A stretch of DNA of 64,000 nt from Antedon mediterranea (taxonomy: Eukaryota; Animalia; Echinodermata): assembly GCF_964355755.1 (NCBI RefSeq), contig NC_092672.1, forward strand, positions 12,090,001-12,154,000, read 5' to 3'. The notes beneath the pieces are model-generated. The model saw only the letters and a list, made by a program, of their open reading frames with translations, did not search any database and was not told where the DNA came from. Shown here one piece after another: positions 30,501 to 42,500 of this stretch (position 1 is the stretch's first letter; each line of letters opens with the position of its first letter). The position numbers and the translations under genes are program-made.

Positions 30501-33500
30501 TTTGAGACATTGTGCTAACCATTCGGGAAATTGTGCTACCTCTTTGAGAAATTGTGCTAACCATTCGGGAAATTGTGCTACCTCTTTGAGAAATTGTGCT
30601 AACCATTTGAGACATTGTGCTAACCATTCGGGAAATTGTGCTACCTCTTTGAGAAATTGTGCAATCCATTCCGGAAGTTGTGCTACCTCTTTGAGAAATT
30701 GTACGTACGGTATACCTATTTGAGAAATTGTGCTATCTTTTTCACATTTTTTCATCCCCTTCATAATCCATATTCCTATATCTTACCATGCACCAACTCA
30801 TTCCAAATGTTAAAGGATACAAGATATACTGTGAAGGGATTTAATATATGTGCCAACAATACTTTATCGCATTATACAGGTTCACATTTTTAGTCGCGTG
30901 GACGCGACTCTATAGTTCACTATGTCGGTCGGTCTGTCGGTCTGTCTGTCTGTCGGTCCGGTATCACTATGCATGTTATCGCTTTCTGACCTTATCTTGA
31001 TATCAGTTTAATCTTAAGTCAATTTTTCACAGTATATTCCTTATGGCCAGGAATCGATGTGGTTATGTTTTCACGGTGCGCAATAAAAAATTACGCGGTC
31101 TACGCACGATTTAACGAAATCACGTTTGTAATCATATCTTCACAACCATGAATCACAATTAAATAAAATTTGGTACTCGTAAATTTCAGGGCATAAATCA
31201 TCATATGGCAATACAATTACGTGCGTAGCGCATGTAACGCATGCGTACGCGCGCTTAAAATTTTCAAAATTTATTTTCGATGAAATAAGAGTACGTTTCA
31301 GGCAATTTTAAGCGTTTACAAAATTGCCATGAGTGCGCAGATTTTTGCGCGCGCACTGTGCGCGTTAAATGTTATTGCGCACTCTTTTTGCCCGATTTCT
31401 GTTTTCTTGACTTAGTTTTTAACTAGAAATTACGTTATATGAGCACGTCAAAAGTGACAGGCTACGCACGTGTAAATTAAAAAAATATAAATGTTTTTAA
31501 ACATTTCAACATTTTTACACATGTTCAGTAATTTCGATCAGTGTACTTCACTATGTCGGTCGGTCTGTCGGTCTGTCGGTCGGTCCGGTATCACTATGCA
31601 TTGTAGTAGCACGCGACTTAATGGCTGTTGGCCTTGTTTTTTAACGGACAGGAATTTTTTAAGAATAAATACTCTATAAAATTTAATTCAAATTAGGCCC
31701 ATAATATATGTTAAAGTGGAGCTCCACCCAGAAAATTACTATTTTTCATACATTTCAACTATTATTTAAAAATATCATCCCCCATACTTCATATTTTTTT
31801 GAATTTTTTTTCAATGAGTACGAGTTTCTTGAAAATCACGCCTTTTTGCGTTTTGGGGGGATACCTTGTAATTTCCTATTCTTTTACATGCAAAAGGGGG
31901 GTATATTTGAATAATCCTAAAAAATTAATTTCTTCACTAAAAAAAAAATTTTAAATGTAGTTTTATGTAATTTTTCCAGATCTTTCTATTTCTGGTATAG
32001 TTATCGCGTATACATTGCGCAATTTTGCGTAAATAGACACTTTCCCCCTTTCGGGTCCAATTGGGTTTTTTATTTTGCTAGGGAGTATGATCACGTGACA
32101 TTTTTCACAATCACACTACTGCAGCTGGCGATCTGTTATTTTGTCGCGATGTTATTTTTGACGGGCAAAAAGTATATTAAAACATTCTGAATTTGACCCT
32201 ATCATGTTTCACAGTGTAATAATGTGATTATGAGACTTAATACTAAAATGTCAAATCTAACGAGATTTGAGAAAGATGTGGCTATATATTCAATAAAGCT
32301 AGGCCTAGGCCTACTAGAGTGTAGGTATGTACCGATGCTGCTTGGGCTCCAGCTGCTAGGCTGACACTCAGCAGTGAAGTTTGTTCTGCTGTCACCCAAC
32401 CTCGGCCTACCCATATGGGCCATGATAGGGTGCCTGAATAGTTGCTTTTCAGTCAGGCCTAAGCTTCCACATCGCTTTACTACTCTTGTTCTGTATAGGA
32501 TTTTGTGTTTCACAATTCTAATGTGCGAGAAAACCCAGGAATGATAAATGGGGCGAAACGACCAAGAATTTTCAAACCCATGAATGCATATAGGCCTAGA
32601 CAAAAAATTCAAGGCTAGCTAGGCTGAGCAGACGGCTTAGCTAGGCCTAGCTTAAAGTTAATAAACAATCTGATAAGATTATTATGCTGTTGTTGTACAG
32701 TGCAAATCATGAGGTTACAATACATGTAAATTATACCAGGGAGTTGCTCCCTGATTATACTGACATTTTTATCGGAAATATTACTTAGGCCTAAAACAAA
32801 TCGTATAAAATGTATTCCCAATTTTTCGACACATAATTTACCAAAGGGGAGACATTTCACCCATGCGTTCACCGGCGACTAAAACGCGTCAGTTGCTAAG
32901 TGTAACGCGTTTTGCGACGTATTGTAAACTAATAACCCCTAAGTTACTGAAAAAGTGTAATGTATTAAAAAACACTATTTTCTGACCGATTTTTTTAAAA
33001 ACGAGTTTTTGGAAAATATTTCCGTATTTTCCCTGTTTTTTTTATGTAATCACTTTCATTTAAACATACTTAAACATAATATAAGCTGAGAAAGTCTGAG
33101 TGTAGCTCCACTTTAACATGGCAATTGTTAATTTTCAAATTAAAATAAATATATAGCATGCACATACAGATTCTATTCAGTGTATTAATTACAGTAACTG
33201 ATTTTTTAGTTAATCGTTAAAATAATGATATCCTGGCCTATAACAAAAATGTTCCATCTGTAACATTAACAACCATTTTTTAATATTTACTTAGACCTAA
33301 TCTATTGATTACAATTCAGGAGTTACAAATTAAGAGTTAACATTTTTGGTATCATTACTTCACACAACTTAGACAAACAAATGTCACATTAATGTGTAAT
33401 AAAAACTGAACTATTATGTATTGAGAAAAACATCAATATATATTTCCTCCATAAATGTGCATACAATTGGGGTATACTCAAGAAAAGGGATTTATAATTG

Positions 33501-36500
33501 AGACATAAAGTAACTATTATATAAAATATGATTATAAAATACAGTATTTAATTGTTTGCTTATAATTTGAAATAGTATTACTGTACTATTTATTATAGGC
33601 CTATATATTTAACATTAGAGTGGTGGCAAATCCATAGAGATCATTTTGAGATCTCAGCTGAAGAACATGAAATAGTTTATAAATATAGTTTTAATTTCAA
33701 GTTTTTGCTTTTCCAGCGATTTTAGTCTGGATGCACAAAACACACATTTTTATTTTAAACTCATCTCTACAGTTCATTCTTTGGCTCCCTGCTATTAGAT
33801 TAGAACTGACCTTGCTAACCACAAGGCCACTTGCATTCTTAAATTTTGTGTGCAAAAAATTTACCCATGGTATAATGGTGGTTTCTAAATACAATGAGTG
33901 ACCAATTCCAAAATAGGCTGTGCATTGCAGCCAATCAGAAGCAAGGAAGGCTGAGCCTGGAAGATGAACAAGGTGTTACGTGATTTATTAATTGACTAAG
34001 ACATTAATGACTGGCTTTAGGCAAAAATAAACAAGTAAGATGCCAGAGGCAAAAGCTCACGCTAAACAGGGCTCGTTCTCCTAATGATCATCATATAGTT
34101 GGTGGATTTCCCATTTGTTTCATTTGATAAAAGTAGTATATTTATGTCTTTGCTCATATGATTGTTTAAAACTAACACAATCAAGTTTCCCAATCTTTTT
34201 GCTCAGGGCTTTCTTAACAAAAGTAGGGCTTTCTAATAATATGAACGTATTATCAATTGTACTGTATCTGTGTATAAACCCCACTTGATCTTCATGTATG
34301 ATATTATTTAGTTATACCCATTTCTTAACTCCTTTTTTATATCATTCGTGTTATTATTGGGTACAGTATTAAGTAACATATTGATCTGTAGTTTTTAACA
34401 TTATTTGTGTTGTTTTCTTTTTGAATGTGAACTCGAATTAGTTAAATAAACCTCAATATTTATTATTTTTAAAAAACAGTTTTTATAATGTAGAGAATAT
34501 TCGTGGACGGTCTCTTAAAACTTGAAGTCGTTAGTTTAGGGATCAATTTAATTTAAGGTGGTTAATGCGGTCTATGACTTATTGTAATGGTAATGGGGCG
34601 TGTTCTTTTTTGTTAGGACATGTGTTTAAATGTGATTATGCCAGCCATCACATATTATTTTAGTGTAACTAGTTAGTTCTTTGACATTTTTAAATCTCTC
34701 TCAAAAGCCTTTTCCATTTTGCTTTAATGTTGTTAAAATATGTTTCTGTCATTCGTTCCTTTCGTATGCTATTTTGTTTCCTTTTTAATTAGTACTTTGT
34801 GTATCTGTTTACTTTCAGTTCTTTTAGTAGCCTCAGTTATTGTCTCTATGAATCTGTTTAAGTTCCTTTTAATGTCATGACATGACATTCAGCATCGAAT
34901 AAGGGTTTATTTTTGTTTTGTGTATTTGTACTGCTAATGCGTGGTATTATTCTCCTTCCTTCTGCGTCATAATGCAGATGTCCCAACTAATAAACCACAT
35001 AGCGCGCTCATTGTATTTGATTAGCTGAAAAAACATTATTACAATATTATTTATTCACTGTAAAACTGATTATTTACCTTATTTGTTGATGTTACTGATG
35101 CACCGTGTGTTAAAAGAATATTCACTATCTCTAACTTACAACAGTAAGAGCTTAGGTATGCACTTAGCACTGTGTCTCCATCCTGAAAACAAATTAAAAT
35201 GGCTGATGAATAGGCGGGTATGGTTACCACTTTACCTTTTAAATATTGTCAAGATATTATCAATATTAACTCGTTGGCTTACTATTATCTACGTATGGTT
35301 TCAAATCGATGTCCGGTGTTTGTTGCGTGCGTGCACGATTCTACAAGGTCAAGGTCCTATACCATTACATGCTACTTGTAGCGTGGGGTTAACTCGTTGG
35401 CTAATACTATTATGTACAGACATATATATTTTGAACAATTTGACATCAAATACAAAATACAGCTGTCTATATACTACAAGCCGTTAACCGATTTTTTAAA
35501 AATTGGCGGCCATCTTGTTAACATAAAATGTTGAACCTTTGCGGTAATCCGATTTGAGTAAACTTTTGATATATATTTTTTAGACCATATTTTATTGTAA
35601 TAATACATAAAAAACCATTTTCTGGCATTTTTTGTGGAGTAATGCAACAGTTTTACTCGACTATCAATTAAACCAGCTTACTGTACTTGTTAAAACTGGG
35701 CTCTGATTTGTAAATTTTACACTCGTATTTATATAGTATTTAAATTTACATAAAAAGCAGTTTTTTATGACCTGACCTTGGGCGAAATTAGATCGAGAAA
35801 CATAACTATGTTCCTTCCTTCCTTCCGAACTAGACTCATAATATTCCAATATTGTATTACTTAGTGTAGTTAGTTCAAACAGGAACATGTTAACACTATC
35901 TCAAATTACAACTTAAATTAACTGTTTTCAATCGAATTAATTTTGAGCTGAGATATTTTCATTAATTGCATTGTTTCCTCATCCTTCTTGGTTTTGAATA
36001 ACTTGCTCCTGAATTACCAACTATGGTAATACTAACTAGCATGGTTGACCGTGCAAATAGTCACTACCGTAATTACTTTTAAAGTGACCGGAAGATGCAT
36101 GTAATTAAATTTTTTTATTGGCATGGTTTACTGTACTGTACGCATACTTCTCTGTGTTCATAATAAATAGAATTCGATAGCGAGAATAAAAAAAAACAAG
36201 GTTACATACATGGTTGCAGTCGCGTGCTCAAATTTGAGTTAGTTTTTACCGACCGACCAACCGGCCATCCGACCAACATAATGAGCTGTAGATTCGACAG
36301 GCGATAGAAAACAAGGGAATTAGATGCCTTGTTAATCGTATTGTTTGCAGTCGCGTGCTCAAATAAACAAGAAACATAAAGGACAGGCAAACACAGAGAT
36401 CAACACAAGAAAAGGGTGAGTAACTAATCTACACTCTAATTACCATAATTATACTTTCATACTGACAGTGGCATTTATTTTATACATTGATATTTCTTGT

Positions 36501-39500
36501 TGATACTTGTATTATGATATTATTAATTCTAATAGTTAAGTCTACAATGTTATTAGCTTAATTAATTTACAGCCTGGCCACTCCCTATTTTTATTCAAGG
36601 ATTTTATTCAATAAAACGAAAATTTACATAGTAGCCAAAGGCTAAATTGTGTAAAATTTTTCAAAATATTGCACACATAAAAAAGTTGTCATATTAAAAA
36701 AACATCTTATATTAAAATGGAATTAGATAAAGTACATAATATGAAAATGAGAAAAACAGTGAAAAAATCAAAGAAATTGATACAAATCATAGCCTAATAA
36801 AATATCTGTATTAAAACTTATGTATTATTTGTTTATTATTTCACATTGGTTGATGAAGGCTACTTTGGCTAAATGTAATTATTCTTTATTATTCAACAGG
36901 TTAATTAGGTATAGTAAAGGGCTATTTTTATATCGTTTAGTTTTACATTTTATTTGTTGATATGGGTTGATCTTTCTTAAGTTGTACGGTTTACTTCTAG
37001 TATAAATAAAATATGCTAACTTTTCGAGGTCTTCAGCAAACCTTAGACATAGGTAATTATTACTTCTAGTAGAGATGGTTTCTAAATTACATACACTGAG
37101 AGCATTTTCATTGCTTATATAGTTTATAACAAGAATTATTCTAAGTACCCTCTTTTGTATTGCTTCCAATTTATCAATCTGATTGTTCGTTATGCCAGAA
37201 TTCCAAACAGGAACAGCATACACAAAAAGAGGTCTAATATAACCCATGGTAATTAGGTCATCTTTATTAAGCTGGAATTTCTTAAGTAAATATATATGTT
37301 ACTGTTCACTTTTAAGATGTTAAATATATGGGCATTCCATTTTAGATCAGAACTAATCAATAAACCTAGGATTTGCATACAAGGTACAATCTTTAGTTGC
37401 TTATTATCTATTTGCGGAACAGTGTAGTAGTAGGAGGGGATATTGAAAAATCAATAAGCATAGCAGCACATTTGCCCGCATTCAGTTTCATATTATTATC
37501 GCATGACCATCTCCCAATGGCATTTAAATTTGTTTGCATGTTACCTGGTGTACCAATTCTATGATTGTCAATTAAAGTCATAACATCTACATATTTTAAG
37601 TATTAATATTACTGTTGGTAATCAGATACGGTAGTATTCATTTACACATTGTGATCTAATTTTATTGATATAATTTTATGTAATCATAAATTTAATCAGA
37701 TTTATTATTTGTTTATCAGATTGAATTTATTTGTAGTATTTGCTATTGAAAAATAAAAAAGAACGGTATTTTGGAAACCAGTTTCGGCAGTTGTTTATAA
37801 TAAAGATCGCGTTGCAACTCAATTTTTACTCCAATAAAACCGGTTCCGTCCATGTGCGATGCAATTACGAGGTTCGTAATAAAGATGAGAGGGAGACTAT
37901 CCGCAGTCGGAAGAAGACTCACATGTTGTAAAGCGTGTGAAAGACGAGTTCAACTTGACAATATCGGAGGGTGCGACGTACCTATACTTTAACCAAGGAC
38001 CACAATAGCATTTCAGGCAATAATGATAGGATTACCTGCCCCTTATATGACGAAATGGATGCAATTCTTGGGGATCGCGCTATGCCTCGATCCAATCGCG
38101 CTTCCGCCTAATGAACTGCATTATGGTATATAATAACATCATTCATAGCGAACGCACATGGACGGGACGCTTTATTTTTTTTCCTATCCCATTAAGGCAG
38201 AAATCATGAATAATTCATTAGAATAATTATGACATAATATGGCACATTATAGAGGGCGCTATATAAGCATGCAAAGAGATAAAATAATTTGTGTAAACAT
38301 CTTTTGCCAACCGAAATGTTTGGTTTAGTGGTAAAGGCTTTAACCTACCTATTACACTTGAGCCCTCAGTTCAAGGTCTTTCAAGAACATGTCTTTTTTT
38401 AAATAGTTTAGAGAGATTATTTAGAGGGTTAGTGTACGCGATTGGCGTACCATACTTACATGGGGTTTTGGACAGCGTGGTGTGTTCAAACAGGTTGGAG
38501 GTATATTCAGAGCGTCATTTCGACGATCGAGCATTCTCTACTTCTACGGAGCGCCATTTATGCCTTTATTTACTTCCAAATTAGAAATAGTACTACGGTA
38601 ACTGCTCCAGTGGACCAAATTTAGCACCGGTGGAGCACAGTGATATAAAATAGAAATAAGTCACTAATTTTAATATCTTTTCGTATGTAAATACAATGTG
38701 CTCAAGTGGACCCAATTTGGAGCCAGGGGAGAACAATAATATAAAATAGAAATAAATCACTGAATTTTAATATCTTTTCGTATGTTAATACACTGTGCTC
38801 AAGTGGACCCAATTTGGAGCCAGGAGAGCACAGTGATATAAAATAGAAATAAGTCAATGATTTTTAGTATCTTTTCGTATGTTAATACACTGTGCTCAAG
38901 TGGACCTTCAGAGCGTCGCGAACGTTCTGAAGGTTTCGCAAATACGGTTTACAGTTCAGGAAGTGTGCAAAATCAAGGAACAGTTTCAGCTATGCCAGCT
39001 ACAGTTGCTGTTGCACGTAAAATCAAGAACTGTATATTTTGTAATAGGACAAATCATAGCTCATGGAAATGTAGACAACTTAGATCGATGACACATACTG
39101 AGAAATCGAATGCGATTAAGGAAGCACACGCCTGCTTCAAATGTTTGAACACTAGTCACTTTGCAAGGAAATGCAGTTTCAAATGTCGCAGTTGTATAAA
39201 CGGACCTCATCATGAAATTATCTGCCAGAAAGGAACAACACAGACAGCCACTCCGGTTCCAGTTTCCACAGAACCAGTAGTCCAAGCTGCAACTACAGAA
39301 CCATTAGTCCAAGCTGTAACTACAACTCATTCTAACACTGACATTCCTCATAGTCATACTGTCTTACAGACTGCTAAAGTCAGAGTTAAAGGTAGTAAAG
39401 GTGACTGTCTAGTAACTGTCATGTTTGACACAGGTTCTGATAACACGTATGTATCAAGTAATGTTGTAAATAAGGTAGGACCTGTATGGTTAACATCCAA

Positions 39501-42500
39501 ATCATTTGCATTTGCTGCCTTTGGTGAAGGTAAGCCCTCCCAAAGTGAAACTAGGAATATTTACAAATTAAATGTGGAAAATAAATATGGTGGGTGGGAA
39601 ATAATTAATTGCATTGAAGTTAAATCGATATGTGCACCCATGTTTAGAGCTAAGGTTCCACAGTCCTTCTTGAAAGCAGTAGCCCATCTCCCATTAGCAG
39701 ATGACTATGACAAAGAGAGGTAGATCCATGTTAACATTTTAGTGGGCTTAGATTATCATTGGCCATTTATGGGACGTGGCATACACAATCTTCCAGAGGG
39801 TCTGGTAGCCCAAGACACTGTTTTCGGTTGGGTTATCTCAGGGAGATGGAATTTGAATGACAATATAAATGTTACTCGTAATCATAATGTTAATGTATCC
39901 CCACAGTTGCTTTGCATTACAGACATACCCGATGACAGATTGAACAAATTCTGGGATCTAGAAACAATTGGAGTAAAACCAAGTGATGGAGTGCAAGATG
40001 CTGTACTGAAAGAGTTCAATGAGAGCATACGTCTGGTGAATGAGAGATATGAAGTTAAGTTACCATGGAAAGAGGGTATGAAAGAGTGCCTTCAAAATAA
40101 TAGAGAGATAGCCAAGGTGAGGTTAAATAGTATGAGTAGGAGGCTTGCTAAAGACAAAGAATTAGGTTAAAAATATGAGGCCTCTATCTCTGAAATGGAA
40201 AGATTAGGCATAATTGCTGAAGCTGACACCACAGATAGTGGTATTGTTTATTACCTTCCCCATTACCCAGTAGTGAAAGATGCCAGTTTTACAACCAAGG
40301 TTAGGGTGGTATTCGATTCCTCTACTAAATGCAATAATGGGATTTCACTGAATGATTGCCTAGAAACGGGGCCCCCACTTATACCAGGACTTGTTGACAT
40401 TTTTATTACGGTTCCGAAGGTGGAAAATTGGATTAACCTCTGACATTACAAAGGCATTTTTTGCAAATCAAGGTCCATAAGGATGACCAAAATATCTATA
40501 GGTTTCTTTGGAAAAGGGAGGACAAAATCAGAACAATGAAATTTCTGAGAGTGCCATTTGGCCATGCTAGTAGCCCTTTTTTATTAAATGCCACAATTCG
40601 CCACCATTTGACAAAGTACCCAAGTTGCCTCCCCATTACAGAACTATTAAGGATAACCTTTATGTAGATGACTGGCTCACAGGAGCTGACTATTATGAGG
40701 ATGCATTATTATTGTTTCAACAGGCAAAAGAAATCATGGCCCAAGGGAAATTCCCCCTCACATCCTGGAACTCTAATAACACAAAGATTATTGAAAATGT
40801 TCATCTGGTTTGTAGGTATAAGTATATTGGAAATATTCTTTTTTTCAAATCAATAATTAGTAAAACTAACCTTGACAGTGTCGCTGTCCTGCTGATCGGA
40901 CAGCTTCTTCAGAAATAATGACGATTATCACATGTATGACCCTGTCATTAAACAGAATAGGCCCTCTAGAGGTCAGTCTGTTTGATGATAGCAAAGCAAA
41001 GATAGTGTAGAGTAGGAAGATGTTACACTTCGCTTAAAAATTAGAGAACCGCTCTAGATAGGGCGCCTCTCACGACAAGTAGGGATAGACGAATCTCAAA
41101 CATAAGGAGCGCAATGCCAAAGCCCAATGAAAATGGTGTTTTCGGCAATAAATTGTAAAAATAAGCCACAAAAAACAAAACAAAAACTTCTTTTTTGTCT
41201 TTATTATACAAATTTAAAAATTAATATGATGTTTTCATACTGTTTTTGGATCTTTTTAATTGTTAATACATTTATTTGGAGTGAGTTTTGGCATGATATG
41301 ACTGTAAACACTGAGATAGGATCAGGAGGAGGCTTACGCGCGCCTGTAGACGCATTCATGAATGGATGCTGGTCATCTCGTACCCAAACCAACCCGTAGT
41401 AGTCAAGCGATCAACCAATTACAATTGAATAATTTTAATTTTATTAATTTACCAATGAAATACATAGCCTACTACAAATTGATTCTGAAATAAACTGGGA
41501 TGGTGCGATGGGATTTGGTAGGGATGTCAAGAGGTACACCATCACATCAGACTCGGGCTGAGGTATAGGCAGGGAGTTGTTATTAATAACAACTCCCTGG
41601 TATAGGTAGGCCTACAACAATTTTTGAGAATATGAGCGGGAAATTCAAATAAAATAATGTAGCCGTAGGGGGTGGTACCCACGCTTCCCAAAAAGTGTTT
41701 GCGCTATATTAGTATATAGGACCAGATATATGAATTAATTAATAATACTAAACAATCTAAAAAATAAATCTTTTTATTTAAAAAAATGTAATTGAATGAA
41801 TGTTAATAAACATAAACGAAACCCATAAATAACAATCTTTTTTATTGTGTAATAAAAAGTTGATGTTATACGATATTATAATAGAGGGATTATGCCTCAT
41901 TTTAGTTGTTTATGTTATTCTAAGAAAACTGCACATAGGCCTACATACATTATGTTCACTTTAGCACTCTAGTATTTTAAAACATTGATGACTAGCAATT
42001 ATACACGCCCGGGCGGGTTTCCTATGTAGTTTTAAAACTTCACAGTACATTCCCGATCATTTGATAATTCATTATCCAGATGCCCTAAAATGTACCCACC
42101 TCCCCAACACACACCCGCACTCGGGGATTTTTTAACTTATAATGTTAAACTTCTTGGTACAAATTCTATTGCAAACCCCGGCTCTATGACGGTTTTCAAA
42201 TTCAGTTAAAACATACCCCCAGTTCACATTACTCATGTGGTCATTGATACTAGCCCCAGCAAATCACTAAGCCTCTCCAACCCCTCTAACCTCTGCACAC
42301 TGTGATTTTTTTAAATATAGTTTAAAACCTTCCCAGTACAATTGTGGTCATACAATCACGAAATATTGTGCTACCTACATTTGAGAAAGTGTGCAATCCT
42401 TTAAAAAAATTGTGCTCCTCTTTGAGAAATTGTGCAATATGCAAAATTCAGGAAATTGTGCTACCTTTTTGAGAAATAATTGTGCTAACCATTCGGGAAA

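Larger units (their letters stand above)
28575..34086. mobile_element. TIR-bounded composite DNA element inserted in a LINE
   Basis: CATAGGAAAACGAGCCCTATTTAACGTGAGCTTTT at 28575 is inverted at 34051-34086 (AAAAGCTCACGCTAAACAGGGCTCGTTCTCCTAATG). Confidence 0.6.

Noticed and set aside
29921-30736. CRISPR-like look of the GAAATTGTGCTA repeat array, and the overlapping repetitive ORFs on both strands
   Set aside because: The intervening segments are just two alternating ~9-nt sequences, not unique spacers; no cas genes; eukaryotic context. The ORFs arise because the 21/42-bp period is a multiple of 3.
35083-35487. 134-aa plus-strand ORF (and copy 47522-47926)
   Set aside because: Antisense shadow of the ankyrin exon plus repeat sequence; no recognisable motifs.
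35880-35915. ACTATCTCAAATTACAA, similar to the middle of the ankyrin exons
   Set aside because: Match is under 20 nt, frameshifted, and lacks the GAS/GDT codons and splice sites; likely chance.
38318-38380. tRNA-like A/B boxes (TGGTTTAGTGG...AGTTCAAGG), also a B-box-like motif near 12010-12030 on the minus strand
   Set aside because: No cloverleaf can be folded; at most decayed SINE heads, not tRNA genes.
41055-41095. Minus-strand TATCCCTACTTGTCGTGAGAGGCGCC resembling the HDV-like ribozyme motif of RTE elements
   Set aside because: The P4 stem is mismatched, the CTAA catalytic strand is absent, and I could not build the nested double pseudoknot.
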